From an uncultured Acidimicrobiia bacterium (lineage in GTDB: Bacteria; Actinomycetota; Acidimicrobiia; Spongiisociales; UBA4744), in NCBI GenBank assembly GCA_964594235.1, contig CAZQMF010000005.1, forward strand, positions 1 to 56,801: a stretch of 56,801 bases of DNA. The letters run 5' to 3'. The position numbers and the translations under genes were made by a program. This document shows positions 34,565 through 43,717 of this stretch, piece by piece. Each line of letters begins with the position of its first letter. Position 1 is the first letter of the stretch. A model generated the notes under the pieces. It saw only the letters and a list, made by a program, of their open reading frames with translations, did not search any database and was not told where the DNA came from.

Positions 34565-36487
34565 ATGCGGTCCATGGACGATGTCGTGTGGACCCCATCC
34601 GACCCCGAGTCCAGTCTGCTACATCGATTCATGTCGCAGCTCTCAACACGACCGGCTTCATACGACGAACTCTGGCACTGGTCGATCGACCATCGCTCGG
34701 AGTTCTGGCAATCCGTCTGGCAGTTTGCCGGCGTGGTCGCATCCCGGCCGGCGTCGGTCCCGATTGGTGTCGAAGCGATGCCTGGAACCGAATGGTTTCC
34801 CGACGCTCTTCTCAACTACGCAGAGAACCTGCTGCAACGGCGAGACGACGGGATTGCGGTCATCGCCGCAGGTGAAGGACGGCCCACCGAGCGAATCACG
34901 TGGGCCGAACTCGCCCGCCGGGTAGCTCGCGTGCAGGCCGGTCTCGTCGCCCTGGGCGTGGAGGCAGGAGACAGAGTCGCGGCCCTGATTCCGAACTCCT
35001 CGTTCGCCGTCATCGGGATGCTCGCGACCGCTGCGATCGGGGCGATCTGGTCGTCGTGTTCGCCGGACTTCGGTCCACTCGGGGTGATCGACCGGTTCAG
35101 CCAGATCCGACCGAAGGTGTTGATCGCTGCGGACGGGTACCGCTACAACGGCCGGGCGCACGTCCTCGAGGACACCGTGCGATCGGTGACTGGGGCGCTC
35201 TCAGACCTACGAAGTCTGATCCTCGTCGACTTCGTCGGAGCGCCATGGCACCTCGACGGCGTTCCGACGATCTCGTGGTCCGATCTCGAGGCCGGCTCGG
35301 CAGCGGAGCCCCGATTCGCGCAACTCCCCTTCGACCACCCCCTGTTCATCATGTACTCCTCAGGAACCACCGGTCCCCCGAAGAGCATCGTTCACGGTTC
35401 CGGCGGAACGCTCCTGAAACACCTCTCGGAGCATCAGCTCCACTCAGACGTTCGCCCGGGAGACGTCGTCTTCTGGTTCAGCACGTGCGGGTGGATGATG
35501 TGGAACTGGCTCGTTACCGCGCTCGCTTCTCGTGCGACGATCGTCGTCTACGACGGAAGCCCTGCTCATCCCGACCTTCGTGTGCTTTGGCGCCTCGCGG
35601 AGGAAGCGGGCATCACTCACTTCGGAACGAGCCCGAAGTTCCTGTCCGCGAACGCCAACGCAGGGGTCATCCCAGCCCAGAACGTCGATCTCTCGGCGAT
35701 GCGTTGGCTTGGTTCGACGGGCATGCCACTCAACCCGGAGCAGTTCGACTGGGTGTACGAGAACGTCAAACGAGACATCCAACTCGCATCGATCTCCGGC
35801 GGCACCGACATCATCGGATGCTTCGCTCTCGGGGTCCCGATCCTGCCGGTCCGGCGTGGACAGCTTCAGGCGCGGGCGCTCGGCATGGCAGTAGAGTCGT
35901 GGGACGACGACGGTGTCGCCCACGTAGGCCGCAAAGGTGAGCTGGTCTGCACGAAGCCATTCCCGTCGATGCCGGTGTCATTCTGGAACGATCCGACCGG
36001 CGAACGCTATCGCAAGGCCTACTTCGAGCAGTACCCCGGCGTGTGGACGCACGGCGACTTCATCGAGATCCGGCCCGAGGGTGGCGTCATCATCTACGGC
36101 CGGTCGGACACCACGCTCAACCCGTCCGGTGTGCGGATCGGAACCGCAGAGATCTACCGTGCGATCGAGACGATGCCGGAGATCGAAGACTCGATCGTCG
36201 TCGGCCACCAAACCGCCGACAACGTCGAGGTCGTTCTGTGCGTGAAGCTCGCAACGGGACATCGACTCGACGACGCCCTCAGGGACGCGATCAAGCACCG
36301 GATCAGATCGGAAACGTCCCCCCGCCACGTTCCCCGACACGTCTTCCAGGTCGATTCCATCCCCTACACGCTGAGCGGCAAGAAGGTGGAGAAGGCGGTC
36401 CGGAAGTCACTTGCGGGCGAACCGGTGTCCAACGCCGACGCGCTCATCAACCCGGAATCCCTCGAGCAGTACCGACATCTCTTCTAG
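34565..36487 (+). CDS. aacS: Acetoacetate-CoA ligase
   Basis: EWFPDALLNYAENLL, CSPDFG, MYSSGTTGPPKSIVH, GWMMWNW, ISGGTD, WTHGD, GRSDTTLNPSGVRIGTAEIY, PYTLSGKKVE. Confidence 0.93.
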   Translation: MRSMDDVVWTPSDPESSLLHRFMSQLSTRPASYDELWHWSIDHRSEFWQSVWQFAGVVASRPASVPIGVEAMPGTEWFPDALLNYAENLLQRRDDGIAVIAAGEGRPTERITWAELARRVARVQAGLVALGVEAGDRVAALIPNSSFAVIGMLATAAIGAIWSSCSPDFGPLGVIDRFSQIRPKVLIAADGYRYNGRAHVLEDTVRSVTGALSDLRSLILVDFVGAPWHLDGVPTISWSDLEAGSAAEPRFAQLPFDHPLFIMYSSGTTGPPKSIVHGSGGTLLKHLSEHQLHSDVRPGDVVFWFSTCGWMMWNWLVTALASRATIVVYDGSPAHPDLRVLWRLAEEAGITHFGTSPKFLSANANAGVIPAQNVDLSAMRWLGSTGMPLNPEQFDWVYENVKRDIQLASISGGTDIIGCFALGVPILPVRRGQLQARALGMAVESWDDDGVAHVGRKGELVCTKPFPSMPVSFWNDPTGERYRKAYFEQYPGVWTHGDFIEIRPEGGVIIYGRSDTTLNPSGVRIGTAEIYRAIETMPEIEDSIVVGHQTADNVEVVLCVKLATGHRLDDALRDAIKHRIRSETSPRHVPRHVFQVDSIPYTLSGKKVEKAVRKSLAGEPVSNADALINPESLEQYRHLF

Positions 36488-36506
36488 ACCGGCTTCGCCG
36501 GTCTAG
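36484..36506. terminator. Hairpin at the aacS 3' end
   Basis: Perfect 10-bp stem CTAGACCGGC-ttc-GCCGGTCTAG overlapping the stop codon. Confidence 0.6.
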
Positions 36507-36600
36507 GTTTTCGGTTGTCAGTTTCCAGTACGCGACCACCGGCGGTTCTGCACCACTGGGCGAGAGTTCTACCGATGACCGAGAACCGACAACTGAGAAC
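36506..36600. repeat. Heptamer-armed repeat E7
   Basis: GGTTTTC GGTTGTC AGTTTCC AGT-ACGCGACC ... GGCGAGAGTTCT-ACCGATG ACCGAGA ACCGACA ACTGAGA AC. Confidence 0.85.
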
Positions 36601-36615
36601 GGCCCTGGGCGAGCC

Positions 36616-38139
36616 TCAGCTCTCGGTAGAGAGTGGACATCCTGCAAGGACTCCGAGTGCGAAAGGCTCGGACTCGTTCAATTCCGGTACGAACCGTTCG
36701 AGACTCGCCACCTGCACCTCGAATGTCTCAGGAAGACCCGTCCCGACCAACCTCCGAGCGATCCTGACCAGCTCGTCGTGGACCATCCTCACGAATCGCT
36801 GCTCACTCCGGAGCTCAGACGGGATCTCTTTGAACTCGAAATACTCCGACATGCTCTGCGGGCCCTTGAGGATGACCACCGGCTCGTGCTGCTCGTTCTC
36901 TTCGAGCCGCCCCCGCACCGTTGCAGCGAAGAACATCGGAGAGAGATCCTCGTGCCCCATGTTCCACAACCGTTCGTACGGCTTGTGGGAGAACATCTCG
37001 AGACGGCCGTCCTCGGCGACTCCGATCGCGAAGATGCATCCGGGATAGTCGGACGTCGATCTTCGGTAGTCGCTGTAGACATCGAAGCCGCAGGTCCCTT
37101 CCGAGTCTTGCGGAGAGAGCGGCTTCAGCGTGGCCCGCCTCTCGACGGGAGCAACGTCGTACTCCTTGCAGAGTGAACCCCGGCGGGGCGGTGGCGTCAC
37201 ACCTTCGAGATACGGGAAGTGAACGGTGATCGTGGTCCCCTTTCCCAACTCGCTGTCGATCGTGAGGGTCCCCCCGAAATCGGCGACGGTCTGGCGCACG
37301 AACACGAACCCGAGCGAATGCAGCTCACCGTCCAGCGTCTCCCTGTCGGTCAGCAGCTGCGTCATCTTCTCAGGGGTCATCCCAGACCCGTCGTCGCTTA
37401 CCGTCAAGATGACTTCACCGCCGTTGGTGAGTTCCTCGATCCGGATCACCCCGAGGTTCTTGTCCGCCATCGCGTCGACCGAATTCATCACCAGGTTGAA
37501 GTACATGCGGCGGAAGCGAAATCGGTTGCCATCGACCACGGCTGGCTGGAGCAGTCCGACCTCCAGCTCCACCCGACCTGAGCTCTTCTCTGTCACGTAC
37601 CCGTAGACGACGTTGCGAACGTAGTCCTCGATGTCGCCTGCGACATCGAACATCTCGGACACGTCCTCCAGTCGCTGCTCCGCCCAGAAGTGCTCGATCC
37701 TGTAGTACACACCGCATAGCCAGCGGATCGTGTTCCGGTAGTGGTTCTTCGACTGCACGGTTCTCGACTGATCGGGAAGACGCGCCATTGCCTCTTCGAT
37801 GTGGACCCAGAGGGGGTGCAGGATCAGCTCGCACAAGTCGTGGATGGACTTGATGTACAGGTTCCCCAGTTCGAGGATTCGATCCGGATCGGCGAACCCG
37901 CGAACCGAGTCCTCGTACTCGTTGAACACTGCCCGAAGCTCGGCCGCCCGAGCACGAAGCGCAAGCAGGTCATCTCCCGTAGGCAAATCCAGATCGGTGA
38001 TCGCGTAGAGCTCGAGATCGGTATCGAGTGCGACGTGAAAGTGGATGACCTCATCGATGAACCGCTCAACCCTGAGATCGTGGATGAGGAATTTGACCTC
38101 GTCGACGTCCCTCTTGATTCCCTGTTCGCGGTCGGGCAT
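36616..38139 (-). CDS. Orphan HATPase_c (histidine kinase-like) protein with unrecognised N- and C-terminal domains
   Basis: N box FNLVMNSVDA, G1 VSDDGSGM, degenerate G2 HSLGFVFV, G3 GKGTTITVHF; possible H-box SIHDL; no TM segments seen. Confidence 0.75.
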   Translation of the reverse strand: MPDREQGIKRDVDEVKFLIHDLRVERFIDEVIHFHVALDTDLELYAITDLDLPTGDDLLALRARAAELRAVFNEYEDSVRGFADPDRILELGNLYIKSIHDLCELILHPLWVHIEEAMARLPDQSRTVQSKNHYRNTIRWLCGVYYRIEHFWAEQRLEDVSEMFDVAGDIEDYVRNVVYGYVTEKSSGRVELEVGLLQPAVVDGNRFRFRRMYFNLVMNSVDAMADKNLGVIRIEELTNGGEVILTVSDDGSGMTPEKMTQLLTDRETLDGELHSLGFVFVRQTVADFGGTLTIDSELGKGTTITVHFPYLEGVTPPPRRGSLCKEYDVAPVERRATLKPLSPQDSEGTCGFDVYSDYRRSTSDYPGCIFAIGVAEDGRLEMFSHKPYERLWNMGHEDLSPMFFAATVRGRLEENEQHEPVVILKGPQSMSEYFEFKEIPSELRSEQRFVRMVHDELVRIARRLVGTGLPETFEVQVASLERFVPELNESEPFALGVLAGCPLSTES

Positions 38140-38195
38140 CTGGCGATCATCATAGGCGGACCCCTGTGGTGAGACCTGTAGGCTGCACCCTCACA

Positions 38196-40889
38196 ATGAA
38201 CTCCGACACACCCGCCTGGCATTCCCTCGGCACGCGCGAGGTCATCCACCGGCTCGACACGTCGCCCGCCACCGGCCTCACGAGCGAAGAGGCGGCCACC
38301 CGTCTCGAACGTTCCGGTCCGAACCGCATCCAGGAAGTACACGCTGCCCGCTGGTATGACGTGCTCGCACGCCAGTTCACCGACGTGCTCATCCTCATCC
38401 TCCTCGCCGCAGCTGCCGTTTCCTTCGCCGTGGGCGAGATCGTGGATGCCGTCACGATCTTGGTGATCGTCGTACTCAACGGCGCATTGGGATTCGTTCA
38501 GGAGTGGAAGGCCGAACAGGCGCTCGAAGCGCTCCGGAGCATGCTGTCACCGACCTGCACCGTCGTACGCGACGGACAGCAGTCGGAGATCGAACGAGTC
38601 GATCTCGTGCCCGGCGACGTCGTCGTCCTCGAGATCGGTGACCAGGTACCAGCCGACGTTCGCATCGTCGAGAGCGTCGGTCTCAAGATCGACGAGTCGG
38701 CGCTGACCGGCGAGTCCGAGTCTGTGTCCAAGAGTGGAGAGCCTGTCGAACCAGACTCCCACCTCGCGGAGCGGTCGTCGATGGCGTGGATGGGCACGAG
38801 TATCACCAACGGGCGTGCTCGCGGAATCGTGGCGGCGACGGGTATGGCCACCGAGTTCGGCAAGATCGCGGAGCTGACCCAGAGCCTCGGACAAGAACCC
38901 ACACCGCTCCAACGCAAACTCGCCGTGCTAGGTCGTCAACTCGGCCTGATCTCGATCGCCATCTCGGCAGGGGTCGCCCTTGTCGGGCTCATCCTCGGCA
39001 AACCGCCGCTCGAGATGTTCCTCACCGGCGTATCGCTCGCCGTCGCGGTGGTCCCGGAAGGGCTCCCCGCCGTCGTCACCATCACCCTGGCACTCGGCAT
39101 TCGAGCAATGGTTCAGCGCCACGCGCTCCTTCGCCGACTTCAGGCGGCCGAGGCGCTCGGCTCGGCAACTGTCATCTGCACCGACAAAACAGGCACCCTG
39201 ACCCAGAACGAGATGACGGTCACCCGGATCTGGCTCCCAACAGGCGCAGTCGAAGTCACCGGCGTGGGATACGAGCCGAAGGGCACATTCGTCGCAAACG
39301 GCGTGTCCGTCGATCCGGAACAGCGACACGATATACGCTCACTGCTCGAAGCCGGTCTCGTCTGCAACCACGCGAGCCTCACAAGAACCGAGTTGGGATG
39401 GCGTGCCCTCGGCGAGCCGACCGAAGCAGCGTTGGTGGTGGCCGCGTCGAAAGCAGGGATATACACCGATACGACCGGAATCACCGAGTTCTCGTTCAAC
39501 TCCACCCGCAAACGAATGACGGTCATTGCGCAACGGCCAGAGGGACCGGTCGCGTTCATCAAGGGAGCACCCGAAGTCATCCTTGGCAGAGCTACGACAA
39601 TCCTCGACGGCCCCGACACCCGGCCCCTCACCGACGCGGACCGCTCGGCGTTCGAACGCGCCTACCGGTCTCTGGCCGAGCAAGGCCTGCGGATCCTCGC
39701 TCTGGCCCGCAGGCGGCTTCCTCCTCACGTCGAGCTGAACGAGGACGAGGTGGAAGTCGAACTGACCCTGCTGGGCTGCGTTGGAATTGTCGATCCGCCG
39801 CGTCCGGAGGTGCCCCACGCGATCACCCTTGCCCGCCGCGCTGGTGTGCGCCCGATCATGATCACGGGCGACGCAGCGGAGACCGCGCTCGCCATCGGCC
39901 GGCACGTCGGCATGCCTGTCGAGCGAGCCGTCACCGGAATAGAACTCGAGGCGATGGATGACACCGAGCTCGACGAGTTGCTGACGCATGACATCCTTTT
40001 CGCGAGGACGACGCCGGAGCACAAGCTTCGCATCGTGACCCACCTCCAGAACCAAGGACACATCGTCGCGATGACCGGCGACGGGGTGAACGACGCCCCT
40101 GCGCTGAAGAAGGCCGATATCGGCGTTGCGATGGGCATGCGTGGTACCGATGTGGCCAAGGCCGCCTCCGACATGGTGCTGACCGATGACAACTTCGCGT
40201 CGATCGTCGGGGCCGTCGAGGAGGGCCGTCGACAGTACGAGAACATCCAGAAGTTCGTCCGCTATCTGCTGTCTTCGAACACCGGTGAGGTGGTCGCCGT
40301 GTTCATCAACATCCTCCTCCGTGGCCCGCTCATCCTGCTACCAGTACAGATCTTGTGGATGAATCTCGTGACCGACGGAATGACCGCGGTCGCTCTCGGG
40401 CTCGAACCCGGCTCGGACGACTTGATGGAACGCCCACCGAGGGGGGCCCGCCAACCGATCCTCGATCGCTACGGAGCTGCACTGCTCCTCGGGCTCGGCG
40501 GCTACATCGGCCTCGGGACCTTGTGGCTGTTCCACCACTACCTCGCGGTTCTCGGCACCGGCGCCGAGGCGGTCGCGACAGCGCAGACAGTCGCCTTCAC
40601 AGGCATCATCCTGTTGGAGAAGATGAACGTGTTCAACTTCCGATCGCTTCGACGCCCGTTGCACCGCATCGGTTTCTGGACCAATCCGTGGGTGCTCGCT
40701 GCCTGGACGTTGACGATTGGTGCCCAGGTGGCGGCGGTGTACGTTCCGTTCCTCCAGAAGGTCCTGCACACCGTTCCTTTGAAGTTCTCCGACTGGCTCC
40801 TCATGCTTGCCGTGGCGCTCCCGATCTTCGTCATCGTCGAAGGAATCAAGCTTTGGCGGGATCGTAGGGTGGTCTCAGCAGGCGCGTAG
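38196..40889 (+). CDS. P-type ATPase, type IIA (Ca2+-type)
   Basis: LTGES, VPEGLP, DKTGTLT, KGAPE, MITGD, TGDGVNDAPALK, SSNTGEV, WMNLVTD. Confidence 0.95.
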   Translation: MNSDTPAWHSLGTREVIHRLDTSPATGLTSEEAATRLERSGPNRIQEVHAARWYDVLARQFTDVLILILLAAAAVSFAVGEIVDAVTILVIVVLNGALGFVQEWKAEQALEALRSMLSPTCTVVRDGQQSEIERVDLVPGDVVVLEIGDQVPADVRIVESVGLKIDESALTGESESVSKSGEPVEPDSHLAERSSMAWMGTSITNGRARGIVAATGMATEFGKIAELTQSLGQEPTPLQRKLAVLGRQLGLISIAISAGVALVGLILGKPPLEMFLTGVSLAVAVVPEGLPAVVTITLALGIRAMVQRHALLRRLQAAEALGSATVICTDKTGTLTQNEMTVTRIWLPTGAVEVTGVGYEPKGTFVANGVSVDPEQRHDIRSLLEAGLVCNHASLTRTELGWRALGEPTEAALVVAASKAGIYTDTTGITEFSFNSTRKRMTVIAQRPEGPVAFIKGAPEVILGRATTILDGPDTRPLTDADRSAFERAYRSLAEQGLRILALARRRLPPHVELNEDEVEVELTLLGCVGIVDPPRPEVPHAITLARRAGVRPIMITGDAAETALAIGRHVGMPVERAVTGIELEAMDDTELDELLTHDILFARTTPEHKLRIVTHLQNQGHIVAMTGDGVNDAPALKKADIGVAMGMRGTDVAKAASDMVLTDDNFASIVGAVEEGRRQYENIQKFVRYLLSSNTGEVVAVFINILLRGPLILLPVQILWMNLVTDGMTAVALGLEPGSDDLMERPPRGARQPILDRYGAALLLGLGGYIGLGTLWLFHHYLAVLGTGAEAVATAQTVAFTGIILLEKMNVFNFRSLRRPLHRIGFWTNPWVLAAWTLTIGAQVAAVYVPFLQKVLHTVPLKFSDWLLMLAVALPIFVIVEGIKLWRDRRVVSAGA

Positions 40890-40890
40890 C

Positions 40891-41392
40891 CTGATCTTGG
40901 CCGCACTCGAAGGAATGATGGGCGTCACCTCCGGCATGACGATCCTGCCCATCGGCGGCGCGACCAACGCCGGCCACTACCTGCGGCCGCTCGGGCCACA
41001 GGGGTTCGATCTCAGGTTGGCGGGTCTCTGCGACGTCGGCGAAGAAGGCGCGTTCCGCCGCGGACTCGAACCAGGCTTCGGGTCCGATCTCACCAGGGCG
41101 GACATGGAGTCGATGGGGTTCTTCGTCTGTATCGAAGATCTGGAAGACGAACTGATCCGCTCGATCGGCGTCGGCATGGCACAGCAGGTCGTGAACAAGG
41201 AGGGCGAGCTTCACTCGTTCCGGGTGTTCCAGGGGCAGCCCGCTCAACGAGACCGAAGCATCGAACAGCAGCTCGGACGTTTCATGGGCACCCGGGCAGG
41301 GAGAAAAGCCCGCTACGGAAACGCGCTCGTGGCATCTCTGGATCTCGACCTCCGTCCCCCGACCGCTCGAGCCCGTGCTCGATCATGTCTAG
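40891..41392 (+). pseudogene. 5'-truncated, frameshifted TOPRIM (OLD-type) domain gene
   Basis: LPIGGATN, LAGLCD, GFFVCIEDLEDELIRS, FQGQPAQR, KARY. The N-terminal VEGxSD motif is missing. A +1 shift near 41353 restores VPRPLEPVLDHV*. Confidence 0.65.
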
Positions 41393-41447
41393 CTTCGCCC
41401 GAGACCGCGGAGAGCTCCGACGCTAGCCTCGAAGCAGGAGGTGCACC

Positions 41448-42071
41448 ATGCGAGTGAGCAGCTCGAGTTTCCAACACGACACACCGATTTCTGGAACTTA
41501 TGCGTTCTGTGTTCCCGACCCGGATACGCACGCCACGTTCGCACCGAACCGCAACCCCGAGGTGCGGTGGTTTGAGCTGCCCGAAGGAACACGCTCGGTC
41601 GCAATCGTCTGCCACGATCCCGTCGCGCCAACCATGCCCGACACCGTCAACCAGGTTGGCCGAGAAGTACCTCCCGAACTCCCTCGAACGGACTTCTTCC
41701 ACTGGGTACTGGTAGATCTCGACCCGGCCATGGGTGGCATCGACGAGGGGTCCTGTTCCGACGGGGTCGTCCCGAGAGGCAAGGTGCCGGAGGCGCCGTT
41801 CGGGAGACACGGGCTCAATGACTACACCGGGTGGTTCGCAGGCGATCCGGACATGGACGGCGAGTACTACGGCTACGACGGACCGTGCCCTCCATGGAAC
41901 GACTCACTCGTTCACCAATACGTTTTCACGTTGTACGCACTGGACGTCGAACGCCTCGACGTCGACGGCGGGTTCACCGGCACCGACGTTCGCACGGCGG
42001 TCGAGGGCCATGTGCTCGACACGGCATCGATGAGCGGGACCTACACGCTCAACCCCCGACTCAGAGAGTAG
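41448..42071 (+). CDS. YbhB/YbcL (PEBP/Raf kinase inhibitor-like) protein
   Basis: NRNPEVRW, CHDPVAP, FFHWVLVD, YDGPCPPWND, HQYVFTLYALD; AGGAGG RBS. Confidence 0.93.
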   Translation: MRVSSSSFQHDTPISGTYAFCVPDPDTHATFAPNRNPEVRWFELPEGTRSVAIVCHDPVAPTMPDTVNQVGREVPPELPRTDFFHWVLVDLDPAMGGIDEGSCSDGVVPRGKVPEAPFGRHGLNDYTGWFAGDPDMDGEYYGYDGPCPPWNDSLVHQYVFTLYALDVERLDVDGGFTGTDVRTAVEGHVLDTASMSGTYTLNPRLRE

Positions 42072-42074
42072 GCG

Positions 42075-42698
42075 TCACGCGCCGAGCAGGGTCACCCCGA
42101 GCGTCCCCCCTGCGCTAACGCGCCTTCCCCGGATGAACAGTCCCCGCGCATCGGCGAGCGAGTCCAGACCGCCGCGGCGCAGGAAGTCACGGTGGTTGCA
42201 CCAGTGGTCACGCCCGGCCCCAACCTCGATGACGACGACGCCTCCCCGTATGAGCAGTCCGCTGAACCCCCGGTATGGACCCGGAAGGAAGTCGATCACG
42301 AGTATCCCTCCACCGGGGCGCACCACCCGCTGCATCTCGCAGAGGATCACCTCCCGATCATCTGAGGGAACCTCGTGAAGGACAAACGAGATGGTGGAGA
42401 GATCAAACGTGTCGTCGGCGAACGGGATCTTCGTCCCGCTCGCCTCTCGAACGTCAGCCTCCGGCCCGAGCCTGCGACGGGCCACGCCGAGCATGCCAGG
42501 TGAGAGATCGACACACGACACCCGACAACCGGCATCCGCGTAGGCGGAAAGCTGGGCCCCGGTTCCGCACCCGACATCCAGCACACGCATGCCCTTCCAC
42601 GGCGGGTACATCCCCAGCGCCGTTTCGCGGACTCCGGCGACGAGAGGCCCGATGAACCGGTCATACCTCCGCGCCGCCCGTTCGTATCTGTCGATCAC
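42075..42698 (-). CDS. Class I SAM-dependent methyltransferase
   Basis: VLDVGCGTG, VDLSPGML, FADDTFD, LHEVP, VVRPGG. The track's first 27 codons are actually the tRNA; the real start is probably GTG 42698. Confidence 0.85.
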   Translation of the reverse strand: MIDRYERAARRYDRFIGPLVAGVRETALGMYPPWKGMRVLDVGCGTGAQLSAYADAGCRVSCVDLSPGMLGVARRRLGPEADVREASGTKIPFADDTFDLSTISFVLHEVPSDDREVILCEMQRVVRPGGGILVIDFLPGPYRGFSGLLIRGGVVVIEVGAGRDHWCNHRDFLRRGGLDSLADARGLFIRGRRVSAGGTLGVTLLGA

Positions 42699-42699
42699 G

Positions 42700-42785
42700 T
42701 GCCCGGGGTGGGAGTCGAACCCACACGCCCCGAACGGGGCAGCGGAGTTTAAGTCCACCACGTCTACCGGTTCCGTCACCCGGGC
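42700..42785 (-). tRNA. tRNA-Leu (anticodon UAA), CCA not encoded
   Basis: GCCCGGG acceptor / CCCGGGC-A; D-loop GGTAGAC; anticodon stem GTGGA/TCCGC with CT-TAA-AC; long variable arm GCCCC-GTTC-GGGGC; T-arm GTGGG-TTCGACT-CCCAC. Confidence 0.95.
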
Positions 42786-42807
42786 TTGCTGCGCTCGCCC
42801 GAAGCTA

Positions 42808-43038
42808 ACAGCTCACAGGTCACAGCTCACAGGTCGGGCCATCCACTGGTTGTCTGCTGTCGGCTCCGATTGGTAGCTGGAGACCGGGGACGGGACGCCC
42901 GCTCGCTGTCGTCTTCGGTTGAAGGTCATCGGTTCAGGTCCACCGGCAGCCAGGCACCGACGGAGAGAAGTACGATTGTGCCTTGATTCACGCCGGCCGC
43001 GTTTCTTACCCACAACCGAAAACCGAGAACCCAAAACC
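42808..43038. repeat. Compound heptamer-armed repeat E8
   Basis: (ACAGCTC ACAGGTC)x2, then GGTTGTC TGCTGTC, a spacer of about 130 bp, then GGCCGCGTTTCTT-ACCCACA ACCGAAA ACCGAGA ACCCAAA ACC. Confidence 0.75.
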
Positions 43039-43053
43039 GGTAGCCTTGCTGCC

Positions 43054-43539
43054 ATGCCATGGGACACGCTGTGGGCAGGGTGGCGAAGCGAGTACGTTTC
43101 CTCGCCGGACGATCCGGAAGGCTGCCTGTTCTGCCGGCTGCCGGACGGATCCGACCGAGACGCACTGATCCTTGACCGGGGAGCGGAGTCGTTTGCGGCG
43201 CTGAACCGGTACCCCTACACGACCGGGCACGTCATGGTCGCCCCCTATCGGCATGCCGACCGTCCGACCGACCTCACCGCCGAAGAGCAGGCAGAGATGT
43301 GGCGGCTGCTGGACAGGGCGATGCGGGCGATCGACGAGACGATGCATCCGGACGGCTACAACATGGGTGCGAACATCGGCCGGATCGCGGGAGCAGGAGT
43401 GCCCGGCCACTTCCACCTCCATCTCGTTCCCCGATGGGCGGGAGACGCCAACTTCATGACGACCATCGGCGGCACTCGAGTCGTGCCTGAAGACCTCGTC
43501 GTCACCTGGCGCCGCATCCGGGATTCGTTGCCTCGCTGA
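43054..43539 (+). CDS. HIT family protein (Ap4A phosphorylase-like)
   Basis: LWAGWRSEY, CLFC, LNRYPYTTGHVMVAPYRH, GYNMGANIG, HFHLHLVPRW. Confidence 0.92.
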   Translation: MPWDTLWAGWRSEYVSSPDDPEGCLFCRLPDGSDRDALILDRGAESFAALNRYPYTTGHVMVAPYRHADRPTDLTAEEQAEMWRLLDRAMRAIDETMHPDGYNMGANIGRIAGAGVPGHFHLHLVPRWAGDANFMTTIGGTRVVPEDLVVTWRRIRDSLPR

Positions 43540-43717
43540 GCCTGCTCAGGAGCAGCTTCTTGGCGGTGCAGGGAGGGTTCTCGGCCGGAAGGGTGATGCC
43601 GGCCGGAGGAGGGGTGCTTGTCCCTGATATCCCGGATGTCGGCAGATGCGCCGGACTCACCGCTCCACAAAGGGACGGTCTTCTACGTGATGGCGAGCTC
43701 TGACGGTGCGCACTCCT

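Noticed and set aside
42075-42698. This methyltransferase as the missing menG
   Set aside because: It lacks the MenG/UbiE N-terminal signature (YDxMNDxxSxGxHxxW) and is far from the men cluster.
7069-43038. Heptamer arrays as CRISPR repeats or as small low-complexity proteins
   Set aside because: There is no 25-40 nt repeat with unique spacers and no cas genes. Peptides such as ENREPRT or VLGSRFSV are simply translations of the 7-mers.
42887-43624. Partial DosR-like matches at 42887-42900 and 43611-43624
   Set aside because: Only one half matches well, and neither has a plausible promoter position or -10 geometry.
43540-43717. Possible ppx remnant or small ORF (MSADAPDSPLHKGTVFYV...)
   Set aside because: No recognisable motif, RBS or consistent frame; cannot be supported without a search.
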